IMG/VR virus record: IMGVR_UViG_3300032373_000038
Coordinates: 1-41,954 of that record
From: a virus
Lineage: Duplodnaviria > Caudoviricetes
Strand: one strand, 5' to 3'
Length of the DNA: 41,954 nucleotides
Shown: positions 33,623 to 41,954 of the stretch, piece after piece
How the letters are laid out: the number at the start of each line of letters is the position of its first letter
Numbering within the stretch: the first letter of the stretch is position 1
The notes under the pieces: generated by a model
Told to the model about the DNA's origin: nothing
Seen by the model: only the letters and a program-made list of their open reading frames with translations
The model's database searches: none
Made by a program: the position numbers and the translations under genes

Positions 33623-35675
33623 GTCGCTGGAGGCGGCTTTGGCCAAGAAGCGGCTGAAGGAGTTAGAAGGGCAGGGCGGTCGAACCGAGAAGGCGACTGA
33701 TGGTTTGACGGCATCATTTCAGCGACTTATCGGCCCTATTGCCGCTGTGGTGAGTGTGTCGGCAGGACTTACCAAACTCGTTGATTCGGCACGTCAATTT
33801 AGCGTGCTTAACGCAGGCCTAAAAACTGCTACCGGCAGTATGGAGGGAGCTTCCGAAGCTTTCGAGGTACTTGAAGATTTTGCAGCCTCAACACCTTACG
33901 CTCTTGAGCAATCGGTAGATGCGTTTACAAAGCTCGTAAACCTTGGGCTTGATCCTTCTGAGCGAGCAATGCGCTCATACGGCAATACGTCAGCAGCAAT
34001 GGGTAAGGATATGACTCAGATGATAGAGGCGGTAGCGGATGCTTCTACGTTTGAGTTTGAGCGACTAAAAGAGTTCGGTGTTAAATCAAAGCAACAAGGC
34101 GACAATGTTTCGTTCGCATTCCGAGGCGTCACGACCACGGTCAAAAAAGAGGCAAGTGAAATAGAGGGCTACCTAATTAATCTAGGGGAGAGCAACTTCG
34201 CTACGGCTATGTCCGACAGAATGGAAACGTTTGACGGCTTGCTATCTAACCTGGGGGATAGCTGGGACCAGCTATTCCGCAACATAAACAACCAGGGCGT
34301 TGGTAGCGCGATGTCAGATGCTGTCAGACTTGGAATTAGTGCGCTTGAAGAACTGAATGCCATGATCAAATCTGGCGAGCTTGAAGCATATTTCAAGGTT
34401 GTAAAAAGCAAATTTAGCGAATTCGGGGAAGACTTCGAAGAGATGCTTGTGATTGTTAACGATTTTTATTCTGACTTCACTTTGGATGTTTCGGGCAAGG
34501 CAAGGCTTCTTGGTGAAGATTTAGCGAATGCATTTAAAAATCTACCTGAAAATGTGCGAGCCATGATCCAGATAATGGTTACCGAGTTGGCAGTATTTAT
34601 TGACAAGACGGCCGCATACGGAAAAGAGATCCTTGAAAACCTTACTTTCTGGAAAGATGAAACATTTGATTTGGATGCTGAGCTGGAGCGCCTTGATAGT
34701 ATTCGTATGAGTAGCATCGAGACGATTCTTCTTGAGCGCGAAGCAGCTGTTACCTCTTCAGATGCACAAATACAAAAAGTAAAAGAGCTGCGTACTGAGT
34801 ACGACGAACTCATTGAGAAAAAGAGGTTGGCCAATGAGGGCGTTGATCGTTTAGAGAAGTTCAGCCAAGAAGCGCCTGAAGTACTTCCTGATGGAGAAAG
34901 TGGACTTACTGACAAGGAAGAGAAACAAAGCGGGAAGTACGAAAAAGAACTTGAGCGTCTTGATGATTTTTTAGCAACCAAGGAAGAAAAGCTTCTAGCA
35001 GCCTACGAGCAAAACCAATTATCGCTTGGTGAGCTGGAGGAGGCTGGTGTAATTAATGAAATTGAGCAGTATGGGTATTTATTAAGCCTGGAAGAAAAGT
35101 TCCAAGCTGATAAGCAAAAAACTCAAATGGATGGGTTATTGGCGGAGCAGAGAATCTGGAGCTCTGGATGGAAAGGTAAGGCAAGCATTGTCCAGGGCAC
35201 GCTTGGTGCAATTCAGGGGTATTTGGCTTCAGGCAACAAAAAACAGGTTGAAGAAAGTAAGCGACTTGGTAAAGTGCTAATCAAGGCAAGCGCTGCGATT
35301 GGGTACGCAAAGGCCTATGAGCTCGGCTGGCCTCTAGGCCCGTTGCACGCGCTTGAGGTTACAGCTATGGCAGCCACTCAGTTAAACAATCTTGAATCGG
35401 TTTCTTACGGTGGAGGTGGCTTGTCGGCTTCCGGCGCAAGTTATGACGGCTCTAGTACCACGTTCTCCCCATCTACTCCTTCATACTCAAATCCTAGAGA
35501 AAACGAACCCAACCCCGGTGGCGTCCACATAATTTTTAACAACACTCAATTCATCGGCGGTGATGACGAGCGCGTCAAAGACATGGTCAAAACTGCTGTT
35601 CAAGAACTTAACGGCGAAGGTACGGTTTTGATTGATGAAGGCTCTTATAACGCCGAACTACTAAAGCAGTCCTAG
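33585..35675 (+). CDS. Tape measure protein
   Basis: FAASTPYALEQ, AVADASTFEFERLKEFG, GLLSNLGDSW; long helical protein. Confidence 0.92.
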   Translation: MSEDIAKLQIRVESLEAALAKKRLKELEGQGGRTEKATDGLTASFQRLIGPIAAVVSVSAGLTKLVDSARQFSVLNAGLKTATGSMEGASEAFEVLEDFAASTPYALEQSVDAFTKLVNLGLDPSERAMRSYGNTSAAMGKDMTQMIEAVADASTFEFERLKEFGVKSKQQGDNVSFAFRGVTTTVKKEASEIEGYLINLGESNFATAMSDRMETFDGLLSNLGDSWDQLFRNINNQGVGSAMSDAVRLGISALEELNAMIKSGELEAYFKVVKSKFSEFGEDFEEMLVIVNDFYSDFTLDVSGKARLLGEDLANAFKNLPENVRAMIQIMVTELAVFIDKTAAYGKEILENLTFWKDETFDLDAELERLDSIRMSSIETILLEREAAVTSSDAQIQKVKELRTEYDELIEKKRLANEGVDRLEKFSQEAPEVLPDGESGLTDKEEKQSGKYEKELERLDDFLATKEEKLLAAYEQNQLSLGELEEAGVINEIEQYGYLLSLEEKFQADKQKTQMDGLLAEQRIWSSGWKGKASIVQGTLGAIQGYLASGNKKQVEESKRLGKVLIKASAAIGYAKAYELGWPLGPLHALEVTAMAATQLNNLESVSYGGGGLSASGASYDGSSTTFSPSTPSYSNPRENEPNPGGVHIIFNNTQFIGGDDERVKDMVKTAVQELNGEGTVLIDEGSYNAELLKQS

Positions 35676-35678
35676 CCC

Positions 35679-36320
35679 ATGTACATAAAATATATTGCAA
35701 CGAAAGACATCGTTCCGGTGGCTTTTGTCGTCTCGGGTGATGACATTGCTTTCTCTGGGAATGCGATCACATCGACAACTACCAATCTATCAGGTGTGTT
35801 AAATGGTGAGTGGATTCAGATAATCAATTCAGCAGGTAATGATGGTTGGTTTCAACTCATAGCAAACTCAACAGCCAACAGCATCTCAGTAGCCCAAGCA
35901 CTCATCACGGAAGTAGCAGGGGCGCTAGTAACGCTTGATGGTTATGAGCATGGTTATGGCGAAGAATACACGCTAGAGATCGGTGCTGAATCAGTCACGA
36001 ATAAATTCGATGACGACGTAAAGGAAGTTGATCCGATCGATACAACAGCTTTAAGCGATTTTATCGACTGGGGCACGGATGAGTCATGGACAATCAAGAC
36101 CACTTACTTTGATTATTCACTAAAGAAATACTGGAAAGAATTTCGATCTTCAGTAAGGGGCGGCGCGACGCTTGAATTTGATCCTTACGGCACCGCTGCC
36201 AGTCCAGTAGAGCCGATGATTGCGCAAATACCCAAGAAGAAAAACATCCAATTCTCTCACATTGATGACTCTCTCGATTTGCTTATTTCCTTCACTGCTA
36301 AAAAGGTACGCGACGCATGA
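35679..36320 (+). CDS. Distal tail-like protein with inserted beta domain
   Basis: Position after the tape measure gene; WKEFRSSVRGGATLEFDPYGT. Confidence 0.65.
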   Translation: MYIKYIATKDIVPVAFVVSGDDIAFSGNAITSTTTNLSGVLNGEWIQIINSAGNDGWFQLIANSTANSISVAQALITEVAGALVTLDGYEHGYGEEYTLEIGAESVTNKFDDDVKEVDPIDTTALSDFIDWGTDESWTIKTTYFDYSLKKYWKEFRSSVRGGATLEFDPYGTAASPVEPMIAQIPKKKNIQFSHIDDSLDLLISFTAKKVRDA

Positions 36321-39300
36321 GCGAAGCATTCGAAGCCGCACTAAACAACCCCCATAAACAGCCTCGCGTCATTGTTCGTCACTATCATGACAAGGCGAAG
36401 CTCAACTTTACCGAACTAACTTCCCATGCTGACTGTAAAACCGATGCTGGGGTGGTTCGAATTGATAGTGTCGTCAGGGCGAAAGATATCACCGGCTTTT
36501 TGCAGATCCTTTACCCTGATAAGAACCGCTCAGACATTGGCCGCTTAACGCTTAAATATGACGATCTGAATGACGCAGTTACCGATTTTCTTAATGCTCT
36601 ATACGATAGTGGGGAAGATATCTTTGACCGCCAAGTGGAGATTTATTTTGGATTTAAGGGATTTGCCAGTGAAGACTACGTAAAGCTTCAGACCCAGATA
36701 GTAGACTCGGCTGTAGCTTATCATGAAGGCGTGTACACAATCCGCTGTGCTGACATTACGCGCTATACCGATGAGCAAGTATTCACAGAAACTAAAACCC
36801 GCTTGGTGCGCTCTCTTCGTGAGACTGATACCACTATATTGGTGGAGGATGTTACGCCGATTGATGGGGCCGATTCTGGCTTTACTCACGGGGTAGAACA
36901 GGGCGCGTCATTTGATGTTGGCACCAATCAAACCATAGTCGCTTTTACGATTGGCGATGAGCGCATGTGGTGTCTTGAATCAGATGTAATCGAGACAGCT
37001 GCAACTACGGCAACGGGATGGAGCGTCACCGGCTCGGATATATCATTCGAAAGAGAGACAGGAGCGATTCGCTCGACATCAACTGACCTATCTGGCGCCC
37101 CTGTAGGGCAGTGGATAACAGTCTCAGGCGTCACAGCCAACGCTACCTTTTTCAAGGTTGTTTCGACATCAGCTAATGAAGTGGTTGTTGAGTCATTTCT
37201 AGCAGAGGAAGCTGTTGGGCAGCTAATAACAATCACCGGCTATAGCGACCTGGCGCAAGCGGTACCACGCTTTCAGAACGTCAACCGAACAGACTTCAAA
37301 ACAACCCCAGAAGCTCACGAAGTACCAACAGACCCTAACTCGCAAAAGCCGATTATTGCTCGACTGTGGTACGTGCAAATGCCAGCGGCCAAACTGGTTC
37401 TGGCTGTACTGACTGGTCAGCTATATGGCCAAGCCGGGATGATGCCCGACGGCTCCCATTTAGGGATTGACCCTTCTCTTGTAGACATTCAATCACTCAT
37501 TAATTCAACCGCGGATAAATGGAATCCAAGTGATGACACTAAAGGCGTTATTGCTAACTTCAGGAATCTGAAAAAGACGAACGCCAAGCTGTTTCTAGAA
37601 AGCCGCGTCTACCCCATGCTAAGGATATACCCCTATATCGATGAAGACGGCGCTTACGGTTTCAGAAAAATAAAAACGATCACAAAAACAACGACACCAG
37701 AAGTATATATTGATGAAAGTGAAATCGTTAAATTAGGACCGCTAAAGAAAGATGCAAATCTGCTGGTTAATGATGTTCGCGTTGAGTGGGATCATGACTA
37801 TCATACAGGGGAGAATCCCTGGATTACTTGGTTTCCAAATACGAGTAGCTGGAGTAAGTTTAAACGGAGCAAATTAAAAACAATTTCACTAGACGGTTTG
37901 ACCAGTGAGCATTTTTCATCCGACGTAGTTAAAGGCTTGATTAACTACTTTCATTTAATGCATTCCGCACCGCCATACACCTTATCGGCAACACTGAAGT
38001 TTAAGCATTTTAATCGCCGGCCTGGTCAAATTATTCAGTTTGTTTCTCCTTCAACAAAAGACTACACAGCAGGTAGTTATTTAGATCGTTCATTCTTGAT
38101 TCTTTCGGTTAAGCCCAGAATCAGAGATGGCGTTGTTGATGTCACCCTAATGGGGACTTCAGAGTTCGTGGAGCCGCTAACATCGCTCGGGTCGGCTTAC
38201 CATATTACCGACGCTCATTACACAGTCATCGGTACAGAGCTTTCAACGGTTGTACCTATCGTTAATAACGTTGTTCAGGCGGGCACGCATACTCTGGTGG
38301 GTGGAGCCACTCTTAATGACGGCGTTTACTACCATGACGGCCCCCTGTGGACAGGGTCAGACGTTACATTCGATATTTCAGATAATGTTTTCGTAAGAGT
38401 CCGAGGCTTCTTTACTGATGACGCTCATTGGAATGGCGCTGGCAGCGGGTTGGCTGGCGCAGCGCCCAGAGCTTCGACACTGGAGGCCGATGGAATTACA
38501 GCGAATGTTAAAGGCAATCCAGGCTTATCAGGTGGTTATGGAATTACTCAGGCCATGGGCGGCTTTGGGCAAAAGCCTTGGGTCATTAATGGTAGCGTCA
38601 TCAAAGGGAAGTTCTCATTAGCTCCATCCACTGAAGCCAAAGTTTATCCATCCAAAGATGCTTCAAACTTAATATCTATCTGGGACGGGGATTCACTTTC
38701 GATTCTCGGCTACGATCTTCGCGGGGCGTCTGGTGGTTCCGGTGGAAATGTTTATGCACCGGATTTGGGTATTGTTGATACTCCAGGCAGCCATGGTGGT
38801 CAGGGCGGGGCAGGTCTAGCTATTAATAGTCGTGGCTACTCTGGTAACGCAACCTACAATCTGTCCGGAGCAAATGGGCAAGTAGGAAGCAAGGCCTATG
38901 ACGCAGAAACAGATAGATATTACTGGTCTGGCTCAGGATGTGGCGGTTATGGCGGTGGCTTGCATATCTATATCGATGGAAGCTACCCGCTTCCTCAAGG
39001 CGTTAAAGAAAGGTTTACAGCTAATAAAGGCGAAACACCAAAACCACCTTCTGCCGTCGGCTGGCCCGCCATGAAAATTCCACCAGACGTTTTTGCTCAG
39101 TGGGATAAAAGCTATTATGCAATCAGCTCAGGCCTGCCAATTCCGACAACCAATACAAATGAATCTAACTTAGAAATATCTCATGTATTAAACAACGCGC
39201 CAGACAACCGAGAAGGCCGGCCAGAAACCCAATCCATAGCAGCCCCGACATTCGATAGCCTGGTCTCTGGTGATGCTGCCATGGACCCAGCTGACAAAGA

Positions 39301-41704
39301 CGGCACAAGGCAAACCAAATTCAAGGGTACGCTCACGCCGCCCGACGACCCCTATTACGACGGAGCAGAAGTCCAGTTTCGCCAAAGCACTGAAACAGCC
39401 TATACCCGACGCTCTGCGCTAGTGCTAGCTGGAACGAACGAATTCAAAGAAAATGCTGCTCACAATATTGGTTACTTTGTGCGCATTAGAGCCTGGAATA
39501 AATACAAAAAAAAATCGCCTTGGGTAGAGTTATTTATCCTCGCTGATGGTAAAGGCGCTCCGCCGGGTAATGTTCAGTCAATTACAACAAGCTCAAAAAT
39601 CGCAGGCGTGCAGCTTAATATCACCCCGCCTGGTGATGACGATATTCTGCATTATCGTGTATGGAGATCACTCAGCAACAACAAAGCCTTCGCCGATATC
39701 GTCGCCCGCCCGACAGATACAAACCCCGTGATACCGCTTACCGTGGGTGTAACTGAGTATATATGGGTCGACGTTGTTGACCGATCAGGAAATATCAGCG
39801 AACAAAGCTACCCAGTAAGTGCGACTGCCGGTCTAGCTGTGAGTGCTGCGGCGGTTGATTATTTGGGTGACTTAGTGGGCACACCAACAGTGTTGGCGGA
39901 CATTAATGCGAGTGAGGGGGCGCATCTAGCGGGTATTGAGGCGGGCGCAACAAACACGACGAATACAAATCAGTTAACCGATGGTGCGCAGCTAGGGCAA
40001 ACAGCGAGCTATGCTCTCGTAACTGGCCCTAAACCCCCAAGCAATGCAGATAACACAGCGTCTAACGTTGCGCTAAATACCCAAAACGTAGGCTCGACTG
40101 CAGCAGCTACTGTAGAGAGCCAAGCCGCATCTGGGTCAACATTTACATCGTCAGATGCTGGACTTCTTGCATATGTTAATCAAGCTGATTGGAATGATGA
40201 TATTGCAAATAGACCCTTGGAAGAGAATTTATTAAACTCAAATGATGCAGTTGTTTTAGGTTTTAACCCAATATTCGACTGGATCGATGGCGCTGTACGT
40301 CCTCGCAATTGGGGGGCTTGGGCAATCAATCCGACACATGAAAAAACTAATGTTCGGATCGGCAAAAGTGCACCTAGATTTATAACGGATGGACTTACTA
40401 ATGCGGGCATTGCGCGAGCCCATACATTCAGCTCGCCGATGCCTGCAGACACTGTATTTCGTGGCTCGTATGATTATCGACTAGTGTCTGATGGCATCGG
40501 CTACGGTAATGCTGGGTTGTTGATAGATATCGGGTATGGCGGGGCTGGGGCATACTCGAGGCATAACGTAACTCTGAATGAGCGGGTGTCTGATGGTGCG
40601 TGGAGGACCCGGCAGTTTGCTGTTAGAGCAGCAGCAGGACAAACAATAGATTTCATCCGTGTGTATGTGATGGGGTCGTGGAATGGATTTGGTGGATTTA
40701 GTCAAATGGATATCACATTTGATCGTTTTCAGTTTGAAATGATTCAATCCGAATTTGATAATACTCAGCAGGTTTGGAGTGATGTGAATGATCCAGGCGA
40801 TGGGTCAAGGCCCGCAGATCATGCGGATGTAACATTGGCCGCTATCGAAGCTGGGCTAACTGTATTGTCCGGTGGGTTGGTTCTCGGGGGGGATGGTCTC
40901 GGAGGAAGTGCTAGTCTGCGCATGGGGGATGCAGCCGGCTATCGCGATGGGGCTGGCATTTGGTTGGGTACTGAAACACAAGCGGGCTTAGTGAAGGCTA
41001 ATATGCATGTCGGTGACCCAGCACTGGAACAGGGTTTCAGCTACGATCCGTTTTCAGCTAAATTTGATGTTTGGAAAAACACTGAGTTGCGCGGAGCGGA
41101 TGCATACAATAATAGTGCAATCTATCACCGCGCCCTAGCTAATTCATTAGATCAATGGGATCTACTGACGTCGGGGACATCTACTGTTTCTGTTGGTGGC
41201 GGTGTGTTGCGACTACAGAATGGGACGGCGGCTGGAGACTACGCACTAGCTTCTTTCGGGTCGTCGCATGCCCTGTCGGCATATACATGGGATAAGCCCC
41301 GCTCATTCAAAGTCATTGCTGAGCCGTATTATTCTGCATCACTGGATCATGAGATTGTGTCAGGCGTGCCGGGTATTGTGTATGCGGGTAATTCTCCTCG
41401 AATGGGGTTCAAAATGACTGGCGGGAATATATATGCAGTTGTTGCTAATGCTGCAGGTGAAACGGTATCGGCATCGTTAAGCGCATGGGTAAGTACCCAG
41501 AAATATGCGCTAGAGGTTATATATAATGCAACTTCTGTTGAGTTTTACATTGACGGTGATCTTAAAACCACAATATCCACGAATATACCGACAGGGTTGT
41601 CGTATGCGCATTTTGCATTACGAGTAGCGCTGAAGACAAATACGGCATCACCTGCATACACATTCAGGATTGGCGAATGGGCCTTTCTGCAGGAATCGGA
41701 TTAA
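36317..41704 (+). CDS. Tail tip/central fibre host-specificity protein (J-like, FN3 and carbohydrate-binding-like modules)
   Basis: 1795 aa; hub-like N-terminus, Gly-rich segment, FN3-like YFVRIRAWN and YIWVDVVDRSGN, lectin-like C-terminus. Confidence 0.85.
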   Translation: MSEAFEAALNNPHKQPRVIVRHYHDKAKLNFTELTSHADCKTDAGVVRIDSVVRAKDITGFLQILYPDKNRSDIGRLTLKYDDLNDAVTDFLNALYDSGEDIFDRQVEIYFGFKGFASEDYVKLQTQIVDSAVAYHEGVYTIRCADITRYTDEQVFTETKTRLVRSLRETDTTILVEDVTPIDGADSGFTHGVEQGASFDVGTNQTIVAFTIGDERMWCLESDVIETAATTATGWSVTGSDISFERETGAIRSTSTDLSGAPVGQWITVSGVTANATFFKVVSTSANEVVVESFLAEEAVGQLITITGYSDLAQAVPRFQNVNRTDFKTTPEAHEVPTDPNSQKPIIARLWYVQMPAAKLVLAVLTGQLYGQAGMMPDGSHLGIDPSLVDIQSLINSTADKWNPSDDTKGVIANFRNLKKTNAKLFLESRVYPMLRIYPYIDEDGAYGFRKIKTITKTTTPEVYIDESEIVKLGPLKKDANLLVNDVRVEWDHDYHTGENPWITWFPNTSSWSKFKRSKLKTISLDGLTSEHFSSDVVKGLINYFHLMHSAPPYTLSATLKFKHFNRRPGQIIQFVSPSTKDYTAGSYLDRSFLILSVKPRIRDGVVDVTLMGTSEFVEPLTSLGSAYHITDAHYTVIGTELSTVVPIVNNVVQAGTHTLVGGATLNDGVYYHDGPLWTGSDVTFDISDNVFVRVRGFFTDDAHWNGAGSGLAGAAPRASTLEADGITANVKGNPGLSGGYGITQAMGGFGQKPWVINGSVIKGKFSLAPSTEAKVYPSKDASNLISIWDGDSLSILGYDLRGASGGSGGNVYAPDLGIVDTPGSHGGQGGAGLAINSRGYSGNATYNLSGANGQVGSKAYDAETDRYYWSGSGCGGYGGGLHIYIDGSYPLPQGVKERFTANKGETPKPPSAVGWPAMKIPPDVFAQWDKSYYAISSGLPIPTTNTNESNLEISHVLNNAPDNREGRPETQSIAAPTFDSLVSGDAAMDPADKDGTRQTKFKGTLTPPDDPYYDGAEVQFRQSTETAYTRRSALVLAGTNEFKENAAHNIGYFVRIRAWNKYKKKSPWVELFILADGKGAPPGNVQSITTSSKIAGVQLNITPPGDDDILHYRVWRSLSNNKAFADIVARPTDTNPVIPLTVGVTEYIWVDVVDRSGNISEQSYPVSATAGLAVSAAAVDYLGDLVGTPTVLADINASEGAHLAGIEAGATNTTNTNQLTDGAQLGQTASYALVTGPKPPSNADNTASNVALNTQNVGSTAAATVESQAASGSTFTSSDAGLLAYVNQADWNDDIANRPLEENLLNSNDAVVLGFNPIFDWIDGAVRPRNWGAWAINPTHEKTNVRIGKSAPRFITDGLTNAGIARAHTFSSPMPADTVFRGSYDYRLVSDGIGYGNAGLLIDIGYGGAGAYSRHNVTLNERVSDGAWRTRQFAVRAAAGQTIDFIRVYVMGSWNGFGGFSQMDITFDRFQFEMIQSEFDNTQQVWSDVNDPGDGSRPADHADVTLAAIEAGLTVLSGGLVLGGDGLGGSASLRMGDAAGYRDGAGIWLGTETQAGLVKANMHVGDPALEQGFSYDPFSAKFDVWKNTELRGADAYNNSAIYHRALANSLDQWDLLTSGTSTVSVGGGVLRLQNGTAAGDYALASFGSSHALSAYTWDKPRSFKVIAEPYYSASLDHEIVSGVPGIVYAGNSPRMGFKMTGGNIYAVVANAAGETVSASLSAWVSTQKYALEVIYNATSVEFYIDGDLKTTISTNIPTGLSYAHFALRVALKTNTASPAYTFRIGEWAFLQESD

Positions 41705-41827
41705 AACTAATATAGGGTATAATCCTTTCCGACGAAACTTATCAGAAGAACCACAAAACAATCACTTATATCTGTCAACTTGTCGGAAAAAATTAGGTAA
41801 CTATATGATAATAATAAAAAAATGGTT

Positions 41828-41880
41828 TGCATGGGGTGCAGGTGGTCGCAGGTTCAAATCCTGCCGTCCCGACCAAATTT
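41828..41880 (+). repeat. att core, right copy (3' tRNA-Pro fragment)
   Basis: Identical to 75-127; lacks the tRNA 5' half. Confidence 0.96.
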
Positions 41881-41893
41881 AGCTATACAGATT

Positions 41894-41927
41894 AAGCGGT
41901 TGATAGACTTTCTATCAGCCGCTTTTT
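41894..41927 (+). terminator. Original host terminator of the tRNA
   Basis: AAGCGGTTGATAGA-CTT-TCTATCAGCCGCTT plus T run. Confidence 0.8.
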
Positions 41928-41954
41928 CGTTTCTGCAGCATCAGTCCCCGAGTT

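Larger units (their letters stand above)
75..41880. mobile_element. Complete-looking temperate siphovirus prophage (excised circle about 41,753 bp)
   Basis: Bounded by identical 53-bp repeats; integrase next to one end; ordered immunity, replication, packaging, head and tail modules; tape measure and tail tube present, no sheath. Confidence 0.96.

Noticed and set aside
36317-41704. Diversity-generating retroelement or invertible fibre system
   Set aside because: No reverse transcriptase, invertase or template/variable repeat pair seen.
41828-41875. Second tRNA gene
   Set aside because: Only the 3' half is present; it is the att duplication.
41670-41882. 70-aa ORF across the right att site
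   Set aside because: Runs through arm sites and the tRNA fragment; likely spurious.

Overview
The window is essentially one apparently complete lambdoid-type siphovirus prophage (about 41.75 kb) integrated into the 3' half of a tRNA-Pro(GGG) gene, with 53-bp att direct repeats at 75-127 and 41828-41880. Left to right it carries: tyrosine integrase, an HNH module, recombination genes (SSAP plus PD-(D/E)XK exonuclease), PL/OL, an accessory-filled immunity region, a cI-cro-cII switch with readable operators, replication (initiator plus DnaB), RusA, a GapR-like protein, a Q-like antiterminator, an accessory block, late promoter PR', packaging, head and tail genes. The most unusual features are: (1) an integron-type gene-cassette array (four intact attC sites, one truncated site, no intI) between Q and PR', with every ORF inverted relative to attC polarity and two ORFs taking their RBS and start codon from inside the attC; (2) a REC-ANTAR response regulator and an RsmN/CsrA-like RNA-binding protein next to a repressor that has no S24 autocleavage domain; (3) a class-3 lipase plus a holin-like gene in the lysis slot with no recognisable endolysin; (4) a MuF head protein fused to an ADP-ribosyltransferase toxin domain; (5) a LamG fibre fused to a head-closure-like domain. 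All family calls are by eye from motifs and synteny; no database searches were run.
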